64,000 nucleotides of DNA, from contig CAVVYR010000008.1 of the NCBI GenBank assembly GCA_963752475.1, forward strand, positions 480,001 to 544,000, given 5' to 3'. Shown piece after piece: positions 39,537-50,397 of the stretch; position 1 is the stretch's first letter, and each line of letters begins with the position of its first letter. The stretch comes from an uncultured Chloroflexia bacterium (GTDB lineage: Bacteria > Chloroflexota > Limnocylindria > Limnocylindrales > CSP1-4). The translations under genes were made by a program, and so were the position numbers. The notes below the pieces were generated by a model. That model saw only the letters and a program-made list of their open reading frames with translations. It made no database searches and had not been told where the DNA came from.

Positions 39537-39591
39537 GGTCGGACCGACTGTGCGGGGGCACAGCTCCGGTGACACAACGGGGGGAAGGTTC

Positions 39592-40974
39592 ATGAAGAGA
39601 CCACTCGCAGCCGCGCTCGCAGTAGCACTGGCCACTTGCACGGGAGCGATCGCACCGGTCGCGGCCGAGGAACCACAGGCGAACGCCAAGAGTGCCATCC
39701 TGCTCATCGGCGACGGCATGAGCCTGGCGCAACTGTACTCCGCCCAGATCTTCGCCGAAGAAGTGCTTGCGGACACACTCGTGATGCCAGGCATCGCGGA
39801 AACGGCTGTGACGCGGACGCACTCGGCCGATTCGATGGTCACCGACTCCGCCGCGGCAGGGACCGCGCTCCACAGTGGACAGAAGGCAGACAACGGTGCC
39901 ATCAACGTCCTGCCCGATGGCACCTGGGCCTACACGCTCGGACAGGCTGCTCAGGAGGCGGGCAAGTCGGTGGGTGTGCTGAGCACCGCCCGCATCACTC
40001 ACGCGACACCGGCGTCGGTCTACGGCCATGACGCCGACCGCGACATGGAGAACCTCTTCGCGGAGCAGATGGTCGAGTTCCTGCCCGAGGTGGCCCTCGG
40101 TGGTGGCGCCCGCCACTTCCTGCCCGACGGCAAGCGAGACGACGGCCTCGATCTCGTCGATGAGTTGGTCGCTGCCGGCTACACGAACGTGACCGACGCG
40201 GACGAGCTCGCGGCGGTCGACACCGAGAACACCGACTATCTGCTGGGGTTGTTCACCGGCTCTCACATGTCGTACGAGATCGACCGTGTGAACGCCGACA
40301 AGCCCGAACCATCATTGGCCGAGATGACGGCAGTCGCCCTGGACGTCCTGGACAATGACCCCGACGGCTTCTTCGTCTCGATCGAATCCGGCCGCATCGA
40401 CCATGCCTGTCACGACCACGACATCGCTGGCTCGATCTGGGACACGCTCGCCTTCGACGAAGCAGTCGAGGTGGCGCTCGACTACCAGGCCGAGCACCCC
40501 GACGTGCTCGTGATCGCGACAGCCGACCACGAAACGGCCGGCATGTCCCTCGGACACGGCACCGAATACTTCACCACCTTCGAGAGCCTTGCGGACGTGA
40601 CCTGCAGCCTGGCCTCGCTGAGCGACATGATCGGCGATGATCCCGGCAACGCCGTGGCTATCGCCGAAGGCTGTGGGCTGGTCCTGGGCGATGATCACGT
40701 CGCCATGCTGGGCGAACACCCGCCCGAGGCCGAGGAGGTCGAAGGCATGGACCTGGGCTACGCCTACACCTGGGCCCACTACGTGCTCGCGCTGGCCGAG
40801 GCCGAGATGGCCGGTATCGAGTTCGGGCCCTGGGCGCACACCGGTCTGCCGGTGATCACGTACGCCGTTGGACCGGGCGCCGAGATGTTCAACGGCACCA
40901 TCGACAACACCCAGTTGCCTGCCTACGTGGCCGAGGTGACGGGACTGACCATGGAGGCTCCCGCGATGCCGTAG
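39592..40974 (+). CDS. phoA: alkaline phosphatase (PhoA family)
   Basis: Signal peptide, LIGDGM, TDSAAAGTA (catalytic Ser), THATPA, E.GRIDHACH, TADHET, HT. Confidence 0.92.
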   Translation: MKRPLAAALAVALATCTGAIAPVAAEEPQANAKSAILLIGDGMSLAQLYSAQIFAEEVLADTLVMPGIAETAVTRTHSADSMVTDSAAAGTALHSGQKADNGAINVLPDGTWAYTLGQAAQEAGKSVGVLSTARITHATPASVYGHDADRDMENLFAEQMVEFLPEVALGGGARHFLPDGKRDDGLDLVDELVAAGYTNVTDADELAAVDTENTDYLLGLFTGSHMSYEIDRVNADKPEPSLAEMTAVALDVLDNDPDGFFVSIESGRIDHACHDHDIAGSIWDTLAFDEAVEVALDYQAEHPDVLVIATADHETAGMSLGHGTEYFTTFESLADVTCSLASLSDMIGDDPGNAVAIAEGCGLVLGDDHVAMLGEHPPEAEEVEGMDLGYAYTWAHYVLALAEAEMAGIEFGPWAHTGLPVITYAVGPGAEMFNGTIDNTQLPAYVAEVTGLTMEAPAMP

Positions 40975-40994
40975 GCCTCGACCACAGCACCGAG

Positions 40995-41027
40995 CAGAGG
41001 GGCAGCCGTGTGACGGCTGCCCCTCTG
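40995..41027 (+). terminator. stem-loop after phoA
   Basis: CAGAGGGGCAGCCGT/ACGGCTGCCCCTCTG. Confidence 0.65.
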
Positions 41028-41100
41028 TCGTAGGCCGCTATCGAACGCCCTGTCCTCGGTGGGCGTTCGCCGCGCTACCCTTACGGTGTAAACTCGAACC

Positions 41101-41569
41101 ATGGGAACCATCATCGCGCTCCTCGGAGCGTTGCTCATCGGCCTGGTCGCGATCGCGGGCGTCCTCTTCGGAGGGATGCGTGCGCACTGGCCGCCGGCCA
41201 CGGAGGCCGTCCGCCGGCTGACGATGCTTCTGAACAAGGGCCAGTCGGGTGCCGGAGGACCGGGTTCGAGCTACGGCAAGCTCCGGCACATCGGCCGCAG
41301 GTCCGGCAAGAGCTACGAGACTCCGCTGGGTATCGAGCGCACCGAAGACGGCTTCGTCATCGCCATCGTGTACGGGGAGAAGACCCAGTGGGCCAAGAAC
41401 GTGCTCGCCGCCGGCAGTGCCGAGATCGTGCTCGAGGGCGAGACCTACCCCGTCGAGCGGCCGGAGATCGTGCCCATCGAGGAAGCCAACGCCTACATCC
41501 CCGAGCGCGACCAGCGCATGTCCAGCCTCGTCGGTGTGACCGAGGCGCTGCGGCTCTACCATGCGGAGC

Positions 41570-41577
<8 letters not shown>
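41101..41577 (+). CDS. deazaflavin (F420)-dependent nitroreductase family protein
   Basis: H.GRRSGK.Y.TP, YG..TQW.KNVLAAG motifs; N-terminal TM helix. Confidence 0.8.
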
Positions 41578-42976
<1,399 letters not shown>

Positions 42977-43075
42977 GTCAGTCGGCTTGCCATCATCGGC
43001 ATGTGCCGCCAGGTCTGCCCGGAGGTCGTCGAGGGAAAGAGGGGACGGTGTCATCAGAAGACGCCCCCAGAATCG

Positions 43076-43105
43076 AAGCGACCCCGTCGAAACGGGGTCG
43101 CTTTT
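43076..43105. terminator. intrinsic terminator, probably bidirectional
   Basis: AAGCGACCCCGT-CGAA-ACGGGGTCGCTT followed by TT on plus strand. Confidence 0.75.
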
Positions 43106-43109
43106 AACT

Positions 43110-43250
43110 GTCCCGGCTGATCCGGAGCGAACTCCGGGTCTTCTGCCACGTCGCAAGGGCATCTATGACGCCGGCTTCACCGGCTACCCTAACCCAACCT
43201 ACCCATGACCTTGCGTCTAGGTCAGTAGTGCTGTCGAGCAGCACGGGGAC
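43110..43250 (-). ncRNA. candidate small structured RNA of unknown class
   Basis: End pairing GTCCC/GGGAC, internal CGCAAGGTCAT/ATGCCCTTGCG stem, CCGGAG-TTCG-CTCCGG hairpin, upstream TTGAGT-N18-TACTAT, downstream terminator. Confidence 0.55.
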
Positions 43251-43358
43251 GATAGTAAGCGCATACACCCCCGGAACTCAAGCGCTTATTCACCTTGCAT
43301 AGATGAAGGTTCCATAACATTTCGTCTCGCGCGTAGGATCCGACGCCCTTTGGGGTGG

Positions 43359-44060
43359 TCAGGAGACGGCGGCGATGGCCTCGCCCAGGTCGACCGCGCC
43401 AGTGAACAGCGCCTCGCCCAGGATGACACCCGCGACGCCGGCATCGCGCAGCTGCCGAAGCCCATCGAGGCTGTCGACCCCGCCGGCGACGACCACCTCC
43501 GCGTCGAGCCCGTCGGCGAGGCGCCGCATGACCTCGACGCCGCCCTCGCCCACGTGTGAGAACACGAATCGATACACGCCGGCCCCATGCAGCTCGACGA
43601 TCAGCTGCTCCAGCGTGGGTTCGGGACGATGGCGCCACGGGTAGCCGCGCAGGCTCGCTGGTCGAGCGTCTATGCCTACGGCCAGCCAGTCACCGCCGAC
43701 CTCGATCGACTCGGACAGGACGGCGTCGTCCTCGACCACCGCCCACAGCGGCATGACCACGCGGGTGGCGCCGGCCGCGAAGGCGATGCGGATCTGATCG
43801 GGTCCGTCGACACCACCAGCGAGTTGGAGCGGCTTGGCTACGGCGCGCGCGATGGCGCCGATGGCATCGAGGTTGGCCGGAGCCCCCTGGGTCGCACCGT
43901 CGAGGTCCACGAGGTGGACGGCCGGGGCGCCTTGGGCCACGAAGGCCTCGGCCACCTTCTCCGGCCTGTCCGACGGAGTGCCGATGCCGGTCGCCGCGCC
44001 CGGCCACCACACGAGCCGGGAGCGTCCCTGCTGCAAGTCGATGCTGGGCAGGACGTACAT
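43359..44060 (-). CDS. HisA/HisF-related TIM-barrel protein
   Basis: PSIDL..G, HLVDLDGA, QLAGGV, VGIDAR, VAGGV.S, G.ILGEALF. Confidence 0.8.
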   Translation of the reverse strand: MYVLPSIDLQQGRSRLVWWPGAATGIGTPSDRPEKVAEAFVAQGAPAVHLVDLDGATQGAPANLDAIGAIARAVAKPLQLAGGVDGPDQIRIAFAAGATRVVMPLWAVVEDDAVLSESIEVGGDWLAVGIDARPASLRGYPWRHRPEPTLEQLIVELHGAGVYRFVFSHVGEGGVEVMRRLADGLDAEVVVAGGVDSLDGLRQLRDAGVAGVILGEALFTGAVDLGEAIAAVS

Positions 44061-45727
44061 CAGGCGGCGGTGCCCGGTGACGGCGTCGGCCCGCCACCCT
44101 CGCCGGCCAGCAGACGGCGGTGGAACGAGACCGGCAGGCTACCCGAGTAGAGCAGCGCATCGTGGAAGGCCCTGAGCGAGAAGGCCTTCCCGAGCCGTGC
44201 TCGCTCATCGTCGCGAAGGCGCAGCAGCATGACCTTTCCCAGCAGGTACGAGAGGTTGTAGCCCGGCACGGTCGTATAGCGTTGCACTTCAGCCTGGGCC
44301 ACGGATCGCTCGAAGCCCGTGTGCTCGATGAGGAAGTCGACGCCTTCGTCCACCGTGATCTCGCCCCGATGCAGGCGGATGTCGAGGATGATGCGGGCCG
44401 CCCGCCAGATGGCATCGGTGGCCACCATGACCCGTCGCTCGGGGGTGTCCTCGAAGCCCTCTTCGAGCATCATCTGCTCGCAGTACATGCCCCAGCCCTC
44501 GACGAAATCCGGTGCCTGCGCCAGCAGCCTGGCCGGCGTGGGCGTGGCCAGCGCTGCGGTGAGCTGCAGGTGGTGGCCCGGGTAGGCCTCGTGCACGCTG
44601 GTATTGACCATCGACGACCAATTGTGCTCGCGCATGGCGCCGGGATCGTCGCCCACTGACGGCGTCACGACGTAGGTGCCACGCGATCGCTCGTCGAAGG
44701 CCGCGGGGTCGAAGTAGGCCGCTAGCGGTAGCACGCTGCGCATGAACCTCGGCGTGGCCACGACCTCCAGGTGATCGGCGGCCGGGAACGTGGCCAGCCC
44801 TCGCGACTCGATGTGGTCACGCGCTCGGAACATGGCGTCCCGGTAGCCGTTCAACGCAGCCTCGAAGTCGGTCGGTCCGTCCGCCTTGACCCGAGCCACG
44901 ACTGCGTTCTCGGTCAGGGTCGGGTCGACAAGCCGGCCGGCCTCACGACGTGCGGCGTGTTGTGCTTCGAGCTGTTCCCAGCCGATGGCCAGGATCTCGT
45001 CGGTGGTGAGCCCTTCGAGCGCACGTAGCTCGACGAGCCGGTCGAGCTCATCGCGGCCCAGGGCCACGCGTTCGCCCGCGACTTCGATGCGGGTCTCGAG
45101 CCAGGTGCCGTAGTCGAGCAGCGCAACGTCGGCCGCACGTGCCGCCGATCGGAGACGCTCGCGCTCGGGAGATCCCGCCGGCCAGACCTCGTCGGCGCTG
45201 GCCGCGATGTCGGCGATGAGCCCGGGCAGCTCGGCCGCGGTCGCGGCCTCACGCTCCAGCCACAGCCGAACGGTGTCCTCACCGAGGCGGTCGCGAACCT
45301 GCCCCAGAGCCGTCGGGATGCCCTCGATGCGGCTGGTCATCGAGCCCAGTCGCTCGGCCGGCGGTGCGAAGTCCCGGGCCATGAGCAGGAAGAGGGCGTA
45401 GCCGATGTCGTCGGTGGCCGTCGAACTCCGTTCCCACTCCCGAGAGACTTCGCCCTCGAAGAGCCGCAGCCGAGCGTTGTGCAGGGAGAGCTCGCGTTCG
45501 AACGCCGCAGCGTCGCTCAGGGTCGCGGGGTCGACCGCCTCGAGCTCGCGCACGAAGTCGCGGTCGGCTTCGATGTCGGCCAGCTTCGCCGCACGCGAGA
45601 GGTCGGGCAGGTCGCCGTCGTAGCGGTGGATCCCAAAGCTCGTCGCCCATTGCGGCCAGGTCGCGACCCAGTCGTCGAAGCGTGACCCGATGAGTGCCGT
45701 GACGAAGTCGTCCCCGGTGGTCTGCAT
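44060..45727 (-). CDS. DUF885 family protein
   Basis: HEAYPGHHLQ, EGWGMYCE, RAARIILDIRLH, EVQRY...PG...SYLLGK, FHD.LL..GS.P. Confidence 0.9.
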   Translation of the reverse strand: MQTTGDDFVTALIGSRFDDWVATWPQWATSFGIHRYDGDLPDLSRAAKLADIEADRDFVRELEAVDPATLSDAAAFERELSLHNARLRLFEGEVSREWERSSTATDDIGYALFLLMARDFAPPAERLGSMTSRIEGIPTALGQVRDRLGEDTVRLWLEREAATAAELPGLIADIAASADEVWPAGSPERERLRSAARAADVALLDYGTWLETRIEVAGERVALGRDELDRLVELRALEGLTTDEILAIGWEQLEAQHAARREAGRLVDPTLTENAVVARVKADGPTDFEAALNGYRDAMFRARDHIESRGLATFPAADHLEVVATPRFMRSVLPLAAYFDPAAFDERSRGTYVVTPSVGDDPGAMREHNWSSMVNTSVHEAYPGHHLQLTAALATPTPARLLAQAPDFVEGWGMYCEQMMLEEGFEDTPERRVMVATDAIWRAARIILDIRLHRGEITVDEGVDFLIEHTGFERSVAQAEVQRYTTVPGYNLSYLLGKVMLLRLRDDERARLGKAFSLRAFHDALLYSGSLPVSFHRRLLAGEGGGPTPSPGTAA

Positions 45728-45747
45728 GTGTGCCCCTCCCTCGTGAG

Positions 45748-46842
45748 CTAGACGGCGGCGGCCGAGAGACCGCTGGCGGTCAGGGCCTCGTGCGTGATCG
45801 CCAGCGCGTGCTCGATATCGCTCTGCTCGATGCCGTAGTGGGTCAGCGCCCGCACACGCCCGCCCGGGTACCCGATGTAGGCCAGGCCACGGGACTCCGT
45901 CTCGGCCATGAAGGCGTCGCGTGCCTCGAGCAGGTCCCGACCCGGCCGTGGCTGCAGGCCGAAGACGATGTAGTTGGTGCTGATGTCGGCGGGGTCAAGG
46001 CCGATGACCCCGTCCATGGCGGCGAGCCCTTCGGCCAACGCCCGGGCATTGGCGTGGTCCTCGGCCAAGCGCTCGATCATGCCGTCTGGGCCGTCCCCGA
46101 GGGCCACCAGGCCGGCGGCGGCGATGATGCCCGCCTGGCGCATGGCGCCGCCCACGAGCTTGCGGCCGCGATGGGCGCGCTCGATGAAGTCGGGCTCACC
46201 CACGACCAGCGAGCCGACCGGGCAGCCGAGGCCCTTGGAGAGGCAGAACGTGCCGCTGTCGGCATCTGCCAGCAGGGCAGCGGCCGTGGTGCCCTGGGCC
46301 ACGACGCTATTCCACAGGCGTGCGCCGTCGACGTGGAGCGGCACGCCCTGCTCGTGCGCGATGGCCGCGACGTCAGCGCTGTAGTCGGCGCTGAGCGGGC
46401 TCCCCAGCGAAGGGGAGTGCGTGTTCTCGATGGTTACCAGCGCGGTCGGTGGCTGGTGGTAGTCGTCAGGACGGAAGGCGGCACGCAGCTGGTCGAGGTC
46501 CCAGGTGCCATCGCGCTCGGCGGCCAAGGTGCGGACGGTGGCGCCGGTGACCACGGCGTAGCCGCCGGCCTCCATCTGCACAAGGTGGGCACCGGCATCG
46601 GCGATGATCTCGCCGCCCCGTGGCACGTGGGCCATGTGCGAGACGAGGTTGCCCATGGTGCCGCTGGGCACGTACAGGGCGGCGGGCTTGCCGGTCAGCT
46701 CGGCCGCTCGCTCCTGCAGGGCGAGGACCGTGGGGTCGTCGCCGAAGACATCGTCGCCGACCTCCGCTGCGGACATCGCGCGTCGCATGGCTGGGCTGGG
46801 CTTGGTGACGGTGTCGGAACGCAGGTCGATGAAGTCAGGCAT
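45748..46842 (-). CDS. ltaE: low-specificity L-threonine aldolase
   Basis: IDLRSDTVT.P, VGDDVFGDDPTV, SGTMGN, ENTH, HVDGARL, CLSKGLG.PVGS, GGAMRQAG. Confidence 0.92.
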   Translation of the reverse strand: MPDFIDLRSDTVTKPSPAMRRAMSAAEVGDDVFGDDPTVLALQERAAELTGKPAALYVPSGTMGNLVSHMAHVPRGGEIIADAGAHLVQMEAGGYAVVTGATVRTLAAERDGTWDLDQLRAAFRPDDYHQPPTALVTIENTHSPSLGSPLSADYSADVAAIAHEQGVPLHVDGARLWNSVVAQGTTAAALLADADSGTFCLSKGLGCPVGSLVVGEPDFIERAHRGRKLVGGAMRQAGIIAAAGLVALGDGPDGMIERLAEDHANARALAEGLAAMDGVIGLDPADISTNYIVFGLQPRPGRDLLEARDAFMAETESRGLAYIGYPGGRVRALTHYGIEQSDIEHALAITHEALTASGLSAAAV

Positions 46843-46914
46843 GGTCAGCCGAGCATATCGCCGCGGCACGTCCGGCGTACTCGCGCGGTCTCTGCTACAT
46901 TTTGCGTTCCGCAG

Positions 46915-46991
46915 GGACCCGTAGTGTAGTGGCCTAACACGCCAGCCTGTCACGCTGGAGATCGCCGGTTCGAATCCGGTCGGGTCCGCCA
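46915..46991 (+). tRNA. tRNA-Asp(GTC)
   Basis: GGACCCG/CGGGTCC acceptor stem, CCAGC-CT-GTC-AC-GCTGG anticodon arm, GGTTCGAATCC, encoded CCA; 77 nt. Confidence 0.96.
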
Positions 46992-47053
46992 GTCCCTACT
47001 TCCACCCGCCCTGGACCGCTGTGCCCGCCGACGAGGGGAGACGTCGAGCCCGG

Positions 47054-48779
47054 ATGACCGACCAGACTGACGAAGTACGCCGCGCGCGGCAGTGGTCCAA
47101 GGTCTTGGTGCTTGCCTTGGTGGGCCTCTTCGTCTTCGGCATGCTCGGCTTCGCGCTGGCCGTGATGGATACCGAGCCCGAGGCGACCGAGCCACCGGCA
47201 CCCTCGCTCCCGGCCTTCCTCGACGACCTGCCATCGCCTGCGCCCTCTGAAGAGGCCGCCACACGTCGCTTCCTGCTGGCCGTGGCCGACACCTCACCGT
47301 CCCCCTCCGCCGAAGCCCAGGTCCAGGCCTCACCCCAGGCCTCACTCCAGGCCGAGCCCGTGGCCACCACGGTCGAGTCGGCCATGCCGGTCGTGCCCGG
47401 TGACCGGCTTCTGGTCCAAGGCCGACGGGTTGAAGCGCGCCAGGGTCAGGCAAGCGCTCGCCGACGGCGAGCTCAAGGGCTACCGCCGCATCGTCGTGGA
47501 CAAGGACATCGCCGACGCCCTCGCAGCCGAGCTCGACCTCGAGCTCCACGAGGACGTGCGCGCGATCAGGGCCGAGCGCGTGGCCAAGGCCGTGAGCAAG
47601 GGCGCCCTCGGGTTCGTGGCCGCCACCAGCCTGGCGCCCTCGATGCGGGCCCTCGACATCGGCGGCGTCTCGCTCCACGGCCATGACCGCATCGACGATG
47701 TCGACGACTGGCCGCTGACGGTGCCGCTCGAGCTCGCGCCCGCGGATGCCTGGGACCCGTCGCGGACCTGGGTGCTGGTCGCGGGCGGCGACGCCTTCAC
47801 CGACCGTGGCGTCTACGACACGGTCGTGCTCGAGGGCAAGGGCGTCGACTACCCCTTCGACGGCGGCACGGCCGAGGTCACCGGTCATGGCTGCTGTGAC
47901 CCGGTGTTCGATGACAACGTCGTCCCGCGCTACCGGCTCACCGGCGACAAGGGCCTCGTGCGTCGCCTCTTCAAGGGTGCCGAGCTGGCCGTGGTCAACC
48001 ACGAGCAGCCGGTCACCGGCGGCTGGGCGCACCACACCAGCGGCTTCCGCTTCAGCGGCAAGCCCGAGCTCACGCGCATCTTCACCCGCGCGGGCATCGA
48101 CTTCCTCTCGCTCGCCAACAACCACATCGGCGACTACGGCGCCAAGGGCATCCGCGACTCGCGGCGCATCCTCAAGGACCACGGCCTCGCGGTCGGTGGT
48201 GCCGGCAAGGACCTCGAGCAGGCGCGCACGGTGGACCTGCTCGACGCTGTCGGGACGCAGGTCGCGATCATCCCCTGCCTCGACTTCGTCAGGGTCTACT
48301 GGGCCGAGTCGGAGCGGGCCGGGGCCACGCCCTGCGTGGACCAGTACATCCGCAAGGACATCCGCAAGGCCAGGCGGGCCGGGGCCGACGTCGTCATCGT
48401 CTTCCCGCACTGGGGCGTGGAGTACACGCGCCAGCCGCTGGCGTCGATGCGCAAGCACGCCGCCCGCTGGGTCGATGCCGGCGCGGACCTGGTCATCGGC
48501 GCGCACAGCCACGTGGCCGGGGCCATCGAGGCGATCGAGGGCGTGCCCGTGCTCTACTCGCTGGGCAACCTCGTCTTCGACCAGCACTGGTCCACGAACA
48601 CGATGGAGTCGGCCTTGCTGGTGGCCACGTTCCACCGCGACCAGCTCATCGAGCTGCGGCTGCAGCCGTACATCATCCATGACACCAGCCAGCCCAACCT
48701 GCTCGACCCCGCGACGGGCGAAGGACGCCGCCTGCTGCTGGAGATGAAGCAGGCCTCGGCCGACTGGCTCGACTGGTAG
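47054..48779 (+). pseudogene. CapA/PgsA family metallophosphatase-fold membrane protein with a one-base frameshift at ~47396-47399
   Basis: N-terminal TM and Pro-rich linker (47054-47399) continue in another frame as VTGFWS...GGD, VNHE, SLANNH..DYG, PHWG.EY, IGAHSH, YSLGN..FDQ. Confidence 0.75.
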
Positions 48780-48839
48780 GTCACGCGATCGTCACGGATG
48801 ACGCGCTCGATGTCAGCGACGTCACGCGCGCGTCACGGA
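48780..48839. promoter_or_regulatory. two pairs of GTCAC direct repeats with 11-bp spacing
   Basis: GTCACGCGATCGTCACGGA (48780-48798) and GTCACGCGCGCGTCACGGA (48821-48839). Confidence 0.5.
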
Positions 48840-48860
48840 CGGGTCCGTAGCCTGTCGGCC

Positions 48861-49547
48861 ATGGAAGCACTCCTCGTCACCTTCGGGCTCGGTCTTGGCT
48901 CGGCCGCGAGCCCCTGCCTGCTGCCGCTCTATCCGGCCTACCTCGCCTATCTCACCGAGTCGGTCAGCAAGGACGCCGCCGACGGCCAGAAGCGCAAGAT
49001 CTCCGGCTTCCTTGGCCTGGCAATCCTCGCCGGTGTGCTCACGGTGATGCTCGGCGTGGGCATCATCTTCGCCGTCCTGACCGCGCCCCTCGGGCAGTTC
49101 CTGACCATCGCCGTGCCGGCCGTGGGCGTGCTGCTGGTGATCATCGGCGTGATGATGATCGCAGGCCGGAACCCATTCCTGCGGTTGGCCTCGGTGCGTG
49201 CCCCGGGCACCAACGGACCCATCTCGCAGGCCTACGTCTACGGGCTCTTCCTGGGGCCCATCGCGATCCCCTGCGCGGGCCCGTTCCTGGTGGCCGCGCT
49301 GGCCGTCTCGGTAGGCGTTGCCAGCGCCTTCGAAACCATCGTCACCTTCGTCGTCTTCGGCCTCGGCTTCGGCCTGCCGCTGGTGCTGCTGGCCGTGCTC
49401 GCGCGCGCACGTCAGGACACCGTGGTGCGCTTCATCGCGCGGCACCACCGGGCCATCGAGATCGGCTCGGGCGTGCTGCTCGTGGGCGCGGGCATCTGGT
49501 ACGTCTGGATCAACCTGGACACCCTGCTCCTGACGCTGGGCTACTGA
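48861..49547 (+). CDS. ccdA: cytochrome c biogenesis protein CcdA (DsbD transmembrane domain)
   Basis: SPCLLPLYPAYL and PCAGP motifs, 6 TM. Confidence 0.85.
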   Translation: MEALLVTFGLGLGSAASPCLLPLYPAYLAYLTESVSKDAADGQKRKISGFLGLAILAGVLTVMLGVGIIFAVLTAPLGQFLTIAVPAVGVLLVIIGVMMIAGRNPFLRLASVRAPGTNGPISQAYVYGLFLGPIAIPCAGPFLVAALAVSVGVASAFETIVTFVVFGLGFGLPLVLLAVLARARQDTVVRFIARHHRAIEIGSGVLLVGAGIWYVWINLDTLLLTLGY

Positions 49548-49551
49548 GCCG

Positions 49552-50397
49552 TCAGGCCAGTCCGGCCTCTCGGGCGGTGGGCCAGAGCGAGAGATCGAGG
49601 TCGGGCCACAGCTGGGCCAGCTGGGCGAGGTCGCTGGCATAGCCCTCGGTCAACGATGCGTGCAGCGCTGCGGAGGGCTCGAACTTCGCTCGCGTCGTGG
49701 GGTTGACCTCGCCCCGGAAGGCGTCCGCGTCGAGTTCGTGTGGTTCGAGCCCCAGGAAGGCATAGGTGCGAGCCAGCTCGCCTGACGGATCGGCACGGCA
49801 GGCCTCGTACTGGCCGACCCACAATTGCTCGGCGGGGAAAGCTGCGAGTACACGTCGCAGCTGCGGCGCGTAGATGCCGCGCTGGAAGGCGCCCTGGATA
49901 TCCCGATGCTTCAGGGGCTCGCGCGAGGTCGCGAGCTGGTGTGTGAGCCCGGACCGGAAACGGTCGATGGGATCGCGCAGCAGCACCATGATGCGGGCGT
50001 CCGGTGCGGCCCGGGCGATGAGCCCCGGCGTCCAGAAGTCGATGAGATAGCCCGGCGTCCACTCGCCGGCGACCGAACCCTCGGGCACCGGGAAGTAGCG
50101 CTGGTAGCGCTCGATGTCGGCCTCCCCGAACGGGGTCTCCCACGAGCGGTCGAAGAAGTGCAGCTCCTTGGGCTGGCCGCCCGCGTTGACCACGGCGGGA
50201 TGCGCCTGGACGAGCCGGTTCCACCACGAGGTCCCGGCCTTCTGCGCACCGACACCCACGTAGTGCGGCGGGCCGACTCGCCATCCGGCGGGGGTCCTGG
50301 GGGGCTCGGGCGGTTCCGGCTGGCGCGGGCCGCGGAGGCGATACCAGGCACGCGACCCGCGAACGGCCAGGCGACGGACGCGGGACTTCAGTGTCAT
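49552..50397 (-). CDS. PAPS-dependent sulfotransferase family protein
   Basis: YVGVGAQKAGTS, KELHFFD, GEWTPGY, LLRDPIDRFRSG. Confidence 0.87.
   Translation of the reverse strand: MTLKSRVRRLAVRGSRAWYRLRGPRQPEPPEPPRTPAGWRVGPPHYVGVGAQKAGTSWWNRLVQAHPAVVNAGGQPKELHFFDRSWETPFGEADIERYQRYFPVPEGSVAGEWTPGYLIDFWTPGLIARAAPDARIMVLLRDPIDRFRSGLTHQLATSREPLKHRDIQGAFQRGIYAPQLRRVLAAFPAEQLWVGQYEACRADPSGELARTYAFLGLEPHELDADAFRGEVNPTTRAKFEPSAALHASLTEGYASDLAQLAQLWPDLDLSLWPTAREAGLA

Noticed and set aside
43187-43204. Telomere-like CCCTAACCC/TTAGGG sequence as a telomerase-type template
   Set aside because: Single short match and no reverse transcriptase in the window; kept only as a G-rich tract of the RNA candidate
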